NCBI GenBank assembly: GCA_039714075.1 | Contig: JBDLKA010000051.1 | Span: 1 to 24,099 of the forward strand | DNA: 24,099 nucleotides | Origin: Candidatus Krumholzibacteriota bacterium | GTDB lineage: Bacteria > Krumholzibacteriota > Krumholzibacteriia > LZORAL124-64-63 | Direction: 5' to 3' | Shown here: positions 1 through 8,391 of the stretch, in pieces | Layout of the letters: every line of letters starts with the position of its first letter | Position numbering within the stretch: position 1 is the first letter of the stretch | Program-made: the position numbers and the translations under genes | Notes under the pieces: generated by a model | Seen by the model: the letters and a program-made list of their open reading frames with translations, nothing else | What the model was told of the DNA's origin: nothing | Databases searched by the model: none

Positions 1-833
1 GAGTCGGACATGCACTCCTTGAAACAGACGGCCTTGGCCGCGATCACGTGCATCAGCGGCCCGCCCTGGATGCCCGGGAAATTCATCTTGTTGATGGCCT
101 TGAAGTAATCCTTGCGGCTCAACACCAGGCCGCCCCGGGGCCCCCGCAGGGTCTTGTGGGTGGTCGAGGTCACCACGTCGCAGTGCGGCACGGGACTGGG
201 ATGCACTCCACCGGCGACCAGGCCCGCGATATGGGCCATGTCGAAAACCAGCACGGCGTCGATCTCGTCGGCGACCGAACGCAGGATTTCGTAGTCCCAG
301 AACCGGGGATAGGCACTGGCGCCGCCCACGATCATCTTCGGCCGTTCGGCCAGGGCCTGCTCCCGCAAACGGTCGTAGTCGATGGTTTCGGTTTCCTTGT
401 CCACCTCGTAGTGGATGGCGTCGAACAGGAGGCCGGAAAAGTTGACGGGATGACCGTGGGTCAGATGTCCGCCATGGGACAGGGACAACCCCATGATCTT
501 GTCCCCCGGCTTCAGGAAGGCCAGGTAGGCCGTCATGTTGGCGGTGGACCCGCTGTGGGGCTGCACGTTGGCCCTCTCGGCGCCGAACAGGGCCATGGCC
601 CTCTTCTTGGCCAGGGTCTCGGCCGTATCCACGTTCACGCAGCCGCCGTAGTAGCGCTTGTTGGGATAACCCTCGGCGTACTTGTTGGTCAGGGTGGAGC
701 CCATCGTCTCCATGACCGCCCGGCTGGTGAAGTTTTCGCTGGCGATCATTTCCAGCTGATTGCGCTGCCGGGCCAACTCGAGTTCCAGGACCTCGGCGAT
801 TTCGGGATCCGTATTCCGTACTTCGTCGTACAT
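1..833 (-). CDS. glyA: Serine hydroxymethyltransferase (3' end truncated by window edge)
   Basis: Not in the ORF track; translated by hand from ATG at 833 (AGGAG RBS upstream): [65 protein letters not shown]..., with the PLP-lysine motif [17 protein letters not shown] near 130-180. Confidence 0.97.
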   Translation of the reverse strand, partial: MYDEVRNTDPEIAEVLELELARQRNQLEMIASENFTSRAVMETMGSTLTNKYAEGYPNKRYYGGCVNVDTAETLAKKRAMALFGAERANVQPHSGSTANMTAYLAFLKPGDKIMGLSLSHGGHLTHGHPVNFSGLLFDAIHYEVDKETETIDYDRLREQALAERPKMIVGGASAYPRFWDYEILRSVADEIDAVLVFDMAHIAGLVAGGVHPSPVPHCDVVTSTTHKTLRGPRGGLVLSRKDYFKAINKMNFPGIQGGPLMHVIAAKAVCFKECMSD

Positions 834-838
834 GGCGG

Positions 839-1294
839 TCACTCCTGAACCAGTCGGTTCTTTTCATAAGAGGTGATCTTGTCCACGCGGCGACCATGCC
901 GGCCGCCCTCGAATTCCGCTCCGGCCCAGGCGTCGAAAAGGACCAGGGCCGTTTCCGGTTCCATGGCGTCCCCACTCAGGCACAGGACGTTGCTGTCGTT
1001 GTGCATGCGCGTGGTCTGCGCCTGTTCCGTTGTAAAACACAGGGACGCCCTCACGCCGGCAACCTTGTTGGCGGCAATGCTCATCCCGATTCCGGAGCCA
1101 CAAATCAAAACCCCCGCGTCGGCACCTCCGGAGGCGACCAGTTCGGCCACCGCGAATGCAGGATCGGGGTAATCGGCGGAATCCTCCGACGGGCAGCCAA
1201 GGTCCTCGGCCTCGATTCCCCGGGAACGCAGGATGTCCAGCAGCAGGGTTTTGTGCGGGTAGCCGCGGTGGTCCGAACCCAGGGCGACAATCAT
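839..1294 (-). CDS. rpiB: Ribose-5-phosphate isomerase B
   Basis: Motifs [39 protein letters not shown]. Start trimmed to ATG 1294 (MIVALG), which overlaps the upstream stop (ATGA). Confidence 0.95.
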   Translation of the reverse strand: MIVALGSDHRGYPHKTLLLDILRSRGIEAEDLGCPSEDSADYPDPAFAVAELVASGGADAGVLICGSGIGMSIAANKVAGVRASLCFTTEQAQTTRMHNDSNVLCLSGDAMEPETALVLFDAWAGAEFEGGRHGRRVDKITSYEKNRLVQE

Positions 1295-1791
1295 GATTCC
1301 AAATCCTTTCGGACGGCAAGGGACCTGAAACAGGGTCCCCAGGCGGCGCACAGACGGGCAATCTGTTCACAGACAAGAGCATAGTTTTCCGGTGACCCGC
1401 CGTAGGGATCGGGCACCTCTTCGGCGTCGCCGGAATACCCGGAGCGACCCAGGTCAACCCCGGGGTCCCCCAGCATACCAATGCTGCCGGCGTAGGCGTC
1501 ACCGAACCGGCTGCGAAAAATGGCCGCGTGGCTTCTCGTCATGCCGATCACCCACGAAGTCCCCTTCAGGATGTCGGCGGAAACCGGCCGGGATCCGTGG
1601 TCAGCCAGCGAGATACCCGCCGCTTCGGTCCAGGCCCTCGATTCCGGCGAAGCCGGCTGCCCGCTCCGGGCATCCAGCCCCACGGAACGGAAATCCAGAT
1701 CCAGTTCCCGGAAAAGCCGCCGGGACACCACTTCGGCAACCGGGCTGCGGCAGGTGTTACCCGTACACAGGAACAGGATGCGGGTCACCAC
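1291..1791 (-). CDS. Low-molecular-weight phosphatase, probably a protein-arginine phosphatase (YwlE type)
   Basis: P-loop ILFLCTGNTCRSP and general-acid loop DPYGG. Lies between tsaC and rpiB as ywlE does in Bacillus. Confidence 0.88.
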   Translation of the reverse strand: MVTRILFLCTGNTCRSPVAEVVSRRLFRELDLDFRSVGLDARSGQPASPESRAWTEAAGISLADHGSRPVSADILKGTSWVIGMTRSHAAIFRSRFGDAYAGSIGMLGDPGVDLGRSGYSGDAEEVPDPYGGSPENYALVCEQIARLCAAWGPCFRSLAVRKDLES

Positions 1792-1821
1792 GAGGCACCG
1801 CGAACACCGTACAGGGCAAAA

Positions 1822-2469
1822 TTAGATCCCACGGGTACCCCCGTCAAGACCCCCCGGCTCCACCCGGGGAGGGTCCAGCGGACCGCGGCGCAGTTGGACA
1901 GGAGGCCATTGGGTCAGGTCGATCAGGGCACTGGGCCGTCCGCGGCCTCCGGCGGCAGAGACTGCGGGCGACTCCGCAGGCTTCCAACACCCGTCGACCG
2001 TGGCGCCGAACGCGGATCGGGCCGCTTCCAGATCCTCGAGGGGGTCTTCGCCGGAACGATTCACGCTGGTCGAAACCAGAGGGAATCCCACGGCCAGAAT
2101 CAGGTCGCGCAACGACTTAAGACCAGGCACCCTGACGGCAACCGTACCGCCATGCGCGTTTACGGACCGGGACAATTCCCCTCCGGACGGGAGGATCAGG
2201 GAGAAGGGACCCGGCCAGCACCTGCCGCAGAAATCCTTTTGCCTGTCGTCGAGAGTTCCGGTCACCAGGGAGGCCTGGGTCACGGAACCGGCCAGGACGA
2301 GCAGGGATTTGTCGGGCCGGCGCCCCTTCAGATCCAGAATCCGGGTCACCGGATCGGCCAGATCGGCCCGGCAATGGAAACCGGGCAGGGTGTCGGTGCC
2401 CAGAATCAGAACACCGCCGGACTTCAGGAGCCCGGCGGCGGCGGCGGATGCCAGAAGTTCCCTGGACAC
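1822..2469 (-). CDS. tsaC: L-threonylcarbamoyladenylate synthase (TsaC/YrdC/Sua5 family, short form)
   Basis: GGVLILGTDTLPGF (cf. PTETVYGL), LKGRRPDK (KxR), WPGPFSLIL, TVAVRVP, STSVNRSG (SxN). GTG start. Confidence 0.85.
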   Translation of the reverse strand: MSRELLASAAAAGLLKSGGVLILGTDTLPGFHCRADLADPVTRILDLKGRRPDKSLLVLAGSVTQASLVTGTLDDRQKDFCGRCWPGPFSLILPSGGELSRSVNAHGGTVAVRVPGLKSLRDLILAVGFPLVSTSVNRSGEDPLEDLEAARSAFGATVDGCWKPAESPAVSAAGGRGRPSALIDLTQWPPVQLRRGPLDPPRVEPGGLDGGTRGI

Positions 2470-2471
2470 GG

Positions 2472-2993
2472 TCAGCGACCGCCCCGGGCCAGCTCCCGTC
2501 GGTAATCAGAGACGGCCGCGGCGACCTTCTTGTCCTTCAGGGCCAGGATCCGGGCTGCCAGGCAGGCGGCGTTGCGGGCGCCGGCGCTGCCCACGGCCAC
2601 CGTCGCCACCGGGACGCCGGGAGGCATCTGCACGATCGACAGGAGGGCATCCACGCCCGCCAACGGGCCCGAGGCCACCGGCACGCCGATGACCGGCATG
2701 GCGGTCATGCTGGCCACCACCCCGGGCAGATGGGCGGCCATTCCCGCCACGGCGATGAAGATCTCGGCCCCGTTCTTCTCGGTCCTGGCCACGATTCGCT
2801 TCAGTTTGTCCGGCTGCCGGTGGGCCGAAGCCACCTCCACCACGTGCGGCAGGCCGAACCGGTCCAGCAGCGGCAGCATCTTTTCGATGACCGGCAGATC
2901 GCTGGCACTGCCCAGGAGGACCACCACCCGGGGAGCCGTGCCGGCGGTTTTTTTCGAACGAGAACTCTTCTTCTTGTCAACCACGTTGCTCAC
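2472..2993 (-). CDS. purE: N5-carboxyaminoimidazole ribonucleotide mutase
   Basis: GSASDL, VASAHR, AGMAAHLPG, PVIGVPV, LLSIVQMPPGVPVATV. Confidence 0.96.
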   Translation of the reverse strand: MSNVVDKKKSSRSKKTAGTAPRVVVLLGSASDLPVIEKMLPLLDRFGLPHVVEVASAHRQPDKLKRIVARTEKNGAEIFIAVAGMAAHLPGVVASMTAMPVIGVPVASGPLAGVDALLSIVQMPPGVPVATVAVGSAGARNAACLAARILALKDKKVAAAVSDYRRELARGGR

Positions 2994-4305
2994 CTTTGGC
3001 TGCGGCGATATCCCGCCGGTAGATCAAACCTTCGAAGTGCGTCTCATTCAAAAGATCGTAGGCCGTCCCCCGCGCGGTCGCCAGATCGGCACCCAGGCCC
3101 ACCGCACCGAGAACCCGACCTCCGGAGGTCACCAGTTCCTTGCCGGTGTCCCGGGTGCCGGCATGAATGATCCAGCCGTCCTCGTTTTCCGCACCGGGAA
3201 GTTCGATGACCTTGTCCTTCACGTAGTTTCCGGGGTAGCCGTCCGAAGCGCCCACCACGACCACGCAGTGCCGGTTCCAGTCGGTCATGCCCGCTCCCGG
3301 CCAGTTCTCCGGCCCATCCTCGATTCCCCCGGCAAAACCCTGCAGGTAACCGCCCAGTTTGCCGGCGGCGGTGCTGGCGGCCAGTTCGAGAAAATCCCCT
3401 TCCAGCAGGGGCAGGACAACCTGGGTTTCCGGATCACCGAAGCGGCAATTGAATTCCAGCACCTGGGGTCCGGACTCGGTCAGCATCAGACCCGCATACA
3501 GGACGCCGCGATAGGGAATGTCCCGCCGCCGCAACTCCGCCAGGACGGGCAGAACGATGCGGGTGTCGATTTCCTCGTGCAGCTCACCGGGCAGGTGCAC
3601 CGGGGCGAAAGCCCCCATGCCGCCGGTGTTGGGTCCGGTGTCGTTTTCACCGATACGCTTGTGATCCCGGCTCGGGGCGAGCAGGCAGTAGGACTGGCCG
3701 TCGGTCACGATCAGCACCGAAAGCTCGGGACCGAAGATGCATTCCTCGATCAGGATGCGCAGGCCGGCCCCGCCGAAACGCTGGTCGTCGAGACATTCCC
3801 GGACGAAGGCTTCGGCCTCGTCCCGGTTCGAACACACCGCCACACCCTTGCCCTGGGCGGCGCCGCAGGCCTTGATGACGACCGGCAGGTCGCTGTTGTC
3901 CAGGTGCTTGAGAGCGGCCCGGGAACTGCTGAAGGCGTGGTAGCGGGGCGTGGGCACGCCGGCGGAAGCGAGGACTTCCTTGGCGAACTCCTTGTCCCCC
4001 TCCAACCGGGCCCCTTGGGCACCCGGTCCGAAAACGGCAATCTCCGCCCGGTGCAGATGATCACCCAAACCGGCGATCAAGGGGTCTTCCGGACCGATGA
4101 TCACCAGGTCCACGGCCTCCCGGCGGCAGAAATCCACCACGCCATCCGGATCCATGGGGTCCAGGTCCACATTGCGTGCCCGGCCCGCCGTCCCGGGATT
4201 CCCGGGGGCGGCGAAAATAATCGGTTCCTGCGGCGAAAGGGCGAGCTGCCTGACGATGGCGTGTTCACGGCCTCCGGATCCGATGACGAGAACTTTCCTG
4301 GCCAT
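2977..4305 (-). CDS. purD: Phosphoribosylamine-glycine ligase
   Basis: KVLVIGSGGREHA, GPEDPL, DHKRIGENDTGPNTGGMGA, LEFNCRFGDPE, HAGT, TSGGRVL. Strong RBS GAGGAGG. Confidence 0.97.
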   Translation of the reverse strand: MARKVLVIGSGGREHAIVRQLALSPQEPIIFAAPGNPGTAGRARNVDLDPMDPDGVVDFCRREAVDLVIIGPEDPLIAGLGDHLHRAEIAVFGPGAQGARLEGDKEFAKEVLASAGVPTPRYHAFSSSRAALKHLDNSDLPVVIKACGAAQGKGVAVCSNRDEAEAFVRECLDDQRFGGAGLRILIEECIFGPELSVLIVTDGQSYCLLAPSRDHKRIGENDTGPNTGGMGAFAPVHLPGELHEEIDTRIVLPVLAELRRRDIPYRGVLYAGLMLTESGPQVLEFNCRFGDPETQVVLPLLEGDFLELAASTAAGKLGGYLQGFAGGIEDGPENWPGAGMTDWNRHCVVVVGASDGYPGNYVKDKVIELPGAENEDGWIIHAGTRDTGKELVTSGGRVLGAVGLGADLATARGTAYDLLNETHFEGLIYRRDIAAAKGEQRG

Positions 4306-4345
4306 GTGAGATTCCTCCTCCTGGACCGGTGCTGACCAGCCGCCT

Positions 4346-4393
4346 GAAACATTGCTGTTTCCAAAAACTAACCCAAGTCACACGGCCGGACAA
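4346..4393 (-). promoter_or_regulatory. Candidate sigma-70 promoter for purD with an inverted repeat over the predicted start site
   Basis: Minus strand TTGTCC (4393-4388), N17, TAGTTT (4370-4365), followed by GAAACA-GCAA-TGTTTC (4361-4346). Confidence 0.5.
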
Positions 4394-4399
4394 CGGGAA

Positions 4400-5374
4400 T
4401 CAGGCAGGAACGATGGTTGTGCCCCGGGTCCCGCCCACAGCCTCCAGGATGTGTTCGGGAGAGGTGATGACCACGGCCTTGCCCCCTGCGGAAAGGAAAG
4501 AAACGGCGGCTTCGATCTTGGGGCCCATGCTTCCCGGCGGGAATTCACCGTCGGCGAGCATCCGTTCCGCCCGGTCGACGGTCAGGGTGTCGAGGGCTTC
4601 CTGATCCGGGCGCCCGAAGCTGGCATACACCTTTTCCACCTGGGTGACGATGACCAGCACGTCGGCCCCGATCAACCCGGCGAGCAGGGCGCTGGCCCGG
4701 TCCTTGTCGATCACCGCGTCGACTCCCGCCAGAAAGCCGCGGTCGTCCCGGATGACGGGCACCCCGCCTCCGCCGGTGGCGATGGTCAGGACACCCCCGT
4801 CCACCAGGGTCCGGATGGCTTCCCATTCGATGACCTCGCGGGGAGCGGGACTGGGTACGACCCGGCGCCAGCCGCGGCCGGCATCCTTGACGATGGTCCA
4901 GTTGTTCTCGTCACGCAGCAGCCCGGCCTGTTCCTCGTCGTAGAAGGGCCCGATGGGTTTGGTGGGATTGTCGAAAGCCGGATCGTCGGGGGCGACCAGC
5001 ACCTGGGTGACCACCGAGGCCACGGGGACATCCAGATCGATTTCCGCCAGGGCGTTCTGCAGGGACTGCTGAAGCATGAAACCGAGTCCGCCCTGGCTGT
5101 CGGCGCCGCAGACGAACATCGGCATGGGAGGAATGCCGTGCACAGCCATGCCGGCGTCGTTGCGCAACACGATGTTGCCGACTACCGGTCCGTTGCCGTG
5201 GGTCATCACGACCCGGTGGCCGGAGGCGGCCATACGAGCGACCTGTTTCATGGTCGCCATCGTGATGGCCGCCTGCTGTTCGTAGGTCCCCTCTTGCCCC
5301 ACCGGCACGATCGCATTGCCGCCCAGGGCGATGACGAACCGGCGACTTCCTGCCGATCCTCCGCTAACCGCCAT
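4400..5374 (-). CDS. arcC: Carbamate kinase
   Basis: VIALGGNA, THGNGPVVG, NPTKPIGPFY, GWRRVVPSP, GGGGVPV, AVIDKD, GSMGPKIEAA. Confidence 0.95.
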   Translation of the reverse strand: MAVSGGSAGSRRFVIALGGNAIVPVGQEGTYEQQAAITMATMKQVARMAASGHRVVMTHGNGPVVGNIVLRNDAGMAVHGIPPMPMFVCGADSQGGLGFMLQQSLQNALAEIDLDVPVASVVTQVLVAPDDPAFDNPTKPIGPFYDEEQAGLLRDENNWTIVKDAGRGWRRVVPSPAPREVIEWEAIRTLVDGGVLTIATGGGGVPVIRDDRGFLAGVDAVIDKDRASALLAGLIGADVLVIVTQVEKVYASFGRPDQEALDTLTVDRAERMLADGEFPPGSMGPKIEAAVSFLSAGGKAVVITSPEHILEAVGGTRGTTIVPA

Positions 5375-6536
5375 TACGGACCGCAGCGGCGAATTCCGCG
5401 AATCGCTCCAGCGCCTTGCGGATGTTTTCCTGGCTGTTGGCGTAACTGAAACGCAGGTAGCCTTCGCCGAAGGCCCCGAAGGACGTGCCGGCGAGAGCGG
5501 CCACCCCGAAGTCCTCCAGCAGGCGTGTTTCGACCTGTTTGCTGGTCAGCCCCAATCCGCTGATGTTGGGGAAGACGTAGAACGCCCCCCTGGGCTTCTT
5601 GCAGGTGACGCCCTCGATGGCGTTCAACCCCTCGACCAGGATGTCGCGCCGCACCTTGAACTCGGCCACCATGGCCTGGGCGTCGTCCTGGGGACCGGTC
5701 AGGGCTTCGGCCCCGGCCATCTGCGTGAAGGCCGCGGTGCAGCTGGTGCAGTTGGTCTGCAGCTTGGCCACCGCGGCGGCCAGTTCGGCGGGCATGATCC
5801 CGTAGCCCAGCCGCCAGCCGGTCATGGCGTAGGTCTTGGAGTGGCCCTCCAGGATGATGGTGCGCTCCAGCATGCCCGGACGGGTGGCGACCGAATCGTG
5901 GGTTCCCTCGTAGATGATCTTGCTGTAGATCTCGTCGCTGAGCACCCAGAAATCATGTTTGACCGCCAGCTCGGCGATGGCGTCCAGGTCGTCGGAACTC
6001 AGCATCCCGCCGGTGGGATTCTGGGGCGAGTTGATGATCAGCAGCTTGGTCTTGTCGTTGGCCAACGCCCGCAGGTCTTCGATGTCGAAGGAGAAATCCT
6101 TCTCCTCGGCCAGCTTCAGGGGAACGGGTTTGCCTTCCAGGAAGTTGATCACCGATTCATAGATGGGGAAACCCGGATTGGGGTAGATGACTTCGTCACC
6201 CGGATCGATCAGGGCCGTCAACGGGAAATAGATGATGGGCTTGCCGCCGGGCACGATCACCACGTTGTCGGGCCCGACGTCGATACCGCGATCCTTCGCG
6301 ATATGCTCCGCGAAGATCTTGCGCACTTCGGGCATACCCGCGGCGGGACCGTAGTGCGTGTACCCGGAGCGAAGAGCCTCCACGCCCTTGTCGATGATGT
6401 TTTGGGGGGTATCGAAATCGGGTTCGCCGATTTCCAGATGAACGATGTCGCGCCCCTGGGCTTCCAGGGCCTTGGCCTTCGCCAGTACTTCGAAAGCCGT
6501 TTCGGTACCCAGTCTTTCCATACGCTTGGCCAGCAT
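5364..6536 (-). CDS. Class I/II PLP-dependent aminotransferase (aspartate aminotransferase-like)
   Basis: LEIGEPDFDTP, NSPQNPTG, SDEIY, SKTYAMTGWRLGY, GAFYVFP, YLRFSYA. Start trimmed to ATG 6536 (MLAKRM) behind an AGGGAGAG RBS. Confidence 0.94.
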   Translation of the reverse strand: MLAKRMERLGTETAFEVLAKAKALEAQGRDIVHLEIGEPDFDTPQNIIDKGVEALRSGYTHYGPAAGMPEVRKIFAEHIAKDRGIDVGPDNVVIVPGGKPIIYFPLTALIDPGDEVIYPNPGFPIYESVINFLEGKPVPLKLAEEKDFSFDIEDLRALANDKTKLLIINSPQNPTGGMLSSDDLDAIAELAVKHDFWVLSDEIYSKIIYEGTHDSVATRPGMLERTIILEGHSKTYAMTGWRLGYGIMPAELAAAVAKLQTNCTSCTAAFTQMAGAEALTGPQDDAQAMVAEFKVRRDILVEGLNAIEGVTCKKPRGAFYVFPNISGLGLTSKQVETRLLEDFGVAALAGTSFGAFGEGYLRFSYANSQENIRKALERFAEFAAAVRNGG

Positions 6537-6595
6537 GACGCTCTCCCTTGTGAGATGAAAAGGAGCGGGACGATAAATAGGTCCCGGATCAACCA

Positions 6596-6624
6596 AACGT
6601 AGGAGCCCGGAGGGGGCAAGTCAA
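6596..6624 (-). promoter_or_regulatory. Sigma-70-type promoter for the aminotransferase-arcC genes
   Basis: Minus strand TTGACT (6624-6619), N17, TACGTT (6601-6596). Confidence 0.65.
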
Positions 6625-6629
6625 CCGTA

Positions 6630-8273
6630 TCAGGTGAGCGATTTGATGTATTTTATGATCTCCCGGCCCACCTCTTTGCGGATGCCCGCCCTGTCCGCGG
6701 CCATGCGCTTCAGGTCTACCTTGGAAACGTATTTCACGTGGATGAATTTGCGCAGTACCGTGAGGGGTATATTGACCGGACTTCGCAGAATGGCCAGGGG
6801 CACGGTGCGGTTGGCGAACCCCGTATGCAGAATTCGGACCTGGGCCACCGTTTCGATGACCTTGGGATTGCGGGTCCGGCTCACCACGTCCTCGACCAGA
6901 CCCGGAATCGCCGCCACCTTGGGACTGCGCAGCAGACCGAGCAGAACACTAATGGATTGCATATTGGACAATACCAGATGCTTCAGTTCGGTAACCGAGG
7001 CGCTGTTGACATCCACTTTTTCGTCGTCTTCGACCGGCGGTTTTTCCGAAACTTCCGGGATGACCGCCTCCCCTTCCGACAGCAGGTCATCAATCCGGCA
7101 GAGGGCGTCCTCGGCCCGGTCGTCGACCGCGGCCACGGCGGCCGCGACGGGAAGATCGTGTTCCAGGTATGAGCCGCCTTCGGGAATGGTAATGACCAGG
7201 CTGTCATCCCGTACCTCCCATCCTGCCAGGTCCACCCCGGTCAGGCCGGGCGGCAAGGGCAGATGGAGTTCATCCCTGCCACCGGAAACCGGGAAATGTT
7301 CCTTGATCATCCGGACCCCGGTCACCAGGTCGAGTTCGGCGGCCACGCCCTGCAGGCGATGCAGACAATAGGCCAGGGTCGGCACCGGAATCGGGTTGGC
7401 CACCAATCCCTCGAACAGATCGGCCAGCGGTTCCAGATCCGGATCCAACTTCAATACCCGGCTCAAAACGGAACGGTCGCTGTCCTCGAGCACGTCAAGG
7501 GAACGGGAAACGGCCCTGGCGAAATCCTTGCCCGAACACCCTTCCTCTATCATGGAGATCATCCGGCGCAGATCCCGGATCTCGGCATCGGCCATGCTCA
7601 ACGATGGCAGGACCCTGCTGATTGTCGCGATACGGGTAGGATCGATGTTCCCGGCCAGTTGGCTGATCCTCTCCTGCCTGGCATCGACTTCGAGACGCAG
7701 AAGTTCCACCAGGAACTTCCTGTCCCCGTCGTCCATTTCATCGCCCAGGGTCAACCGTGCCGTCAGGACCTCCAGGCCGTCCCGCAACATGGGCCACGGG
7801 AATTCACCCCCGGGCCGCCCCTCTTCCCCTGCGTCCACCGCAGCGGTGGCCAGGCCCAGACCGACACACCGTTCGGTCGTTTCTTCCAGACGCGCCAGCC
7901 AATCCTGGTGGAAACTGCCCGGATCTTCCGGGTCGTTCCCGATCCTGTCCCTGAGGCGCCGTGACGAGTTGAATCGTTGGACGCGAGGCAGCAGCCTGTC
8001 CCCGGGTGTCGAAACATCCAGAAAGGCGGCCAGGAGTCGGGCGCCGGCCGGGGTGCCCTTGATCGCCAGATTTTGGATTCCCATAAGATATTCTTTTGCA
8101 TTGTCTTGATTGGATATCTTACCCAAAAACATGAACAGGCTTTCAGCCCTGGCCGACACTTCGGAATCTGCAAAAGCCAGAGCCTCGAGAGCCTCGAGGA
8201 TAAACGGTTCAGGCTCCCGTGTTCGCGCCTCGGAGGTGCCGTCCCAAGGTAGAATAAGTTCCGCAACCGCCAC
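6630..8273 (-). CDS. Hypothetical cytoplasmic protein, largely helical, with a basic helical-repeat-like C-terminal domain
   Basis: 547 aa ORF, GTG start with AAGGA RBS, no evident signal peptide or TM segment. C-terminus contains LLGLLRSPKV, RTRNPKV, LAILRSPVNIPLTVLRKF, DLKRMA. Confidence 0.75.
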   Translation of the reverse strand: MAVAELILPWDGTSEARTREPEPFILEALEALAFADSEVSARAESLFMFLGKISNQDNAKEYLMGIQNLAIKGTPAGARLLAAFLDVSTPGDRLLPRVQRFNSSRRLRDRIGNDPEDPGSFHQDWLARLEETTERCVGLGLATAAVDAGEEGRPGGEFPWPMLRDGLEVLTARLTLGDEMDDGDRKFLVELLRLEVDARQERISQLAGNIDPTRIATISRVLPSLSMADAEIRDLRRMISMIEEGCSGKDFARAVSRSLDVLEDSDRSVLSRVLKLDPDLEPLADLFEGLVANPIPVPTLAYCLHRLQGVAAELDLVTGVRMIKEHFPVSGGRDELHLPLPPGLTGVDLAGWEVRDDSLVITIPEGGSYLEHDLPVAAAVAAVDDRAEDALCRIDDLLSEGEAVIPEVSEKPPVEDDEKVDVNSASVTELKHLVLSNMQSISVLLGLLRSPKVAAIPGLVEDVVSRTRNPKVIETVAQVRILHTGFANRTVPLAILRSPVNIPLTVLRKFIHVKYVSKVDLKRMAADRAGIRKEVGREIIKYIKSLT

Positions 8274-8350
8274 TGGATGTCCTTGCTGCTGGAGAGGCCG
8301 GAACCGGCGACATGGCCGCCGGAAAAATTCATGGGTCCCGCTTCATATCG

Positions 8351-8377
8351 TTATCGGCCAAGGCGCTGCCATATTTA
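8351..8377 (-). promoter_or_regulatory. Sigma-28 (FliA/SigD/WhiG) consensus promoter
   Basis: Minus strand TAAA (8377-8374), N15, GCCGATAA (8358-8351). Exact consensus and spacing, intergenic, facing the 6630-8273 gene. Confidence 0.75.
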
Positions 8378-8391
8378 CCAACCGATCGCCT

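Noticed and set aside
4306..4399. Possible ZTP or purine riboswitch upstream of purD
   Set aside because: The region is short and largely occupied by the candidate promoter; conserved aptamer motifs are absent.
8304..8327. Hairpin CCGGCGA-CATGG-CCGCCGG next to an A5 run as a terminator
   Set aside because: The U tract lies 5' of the hairpin on the transcribed strand, so the geometry is wrong for intrinsic termination.
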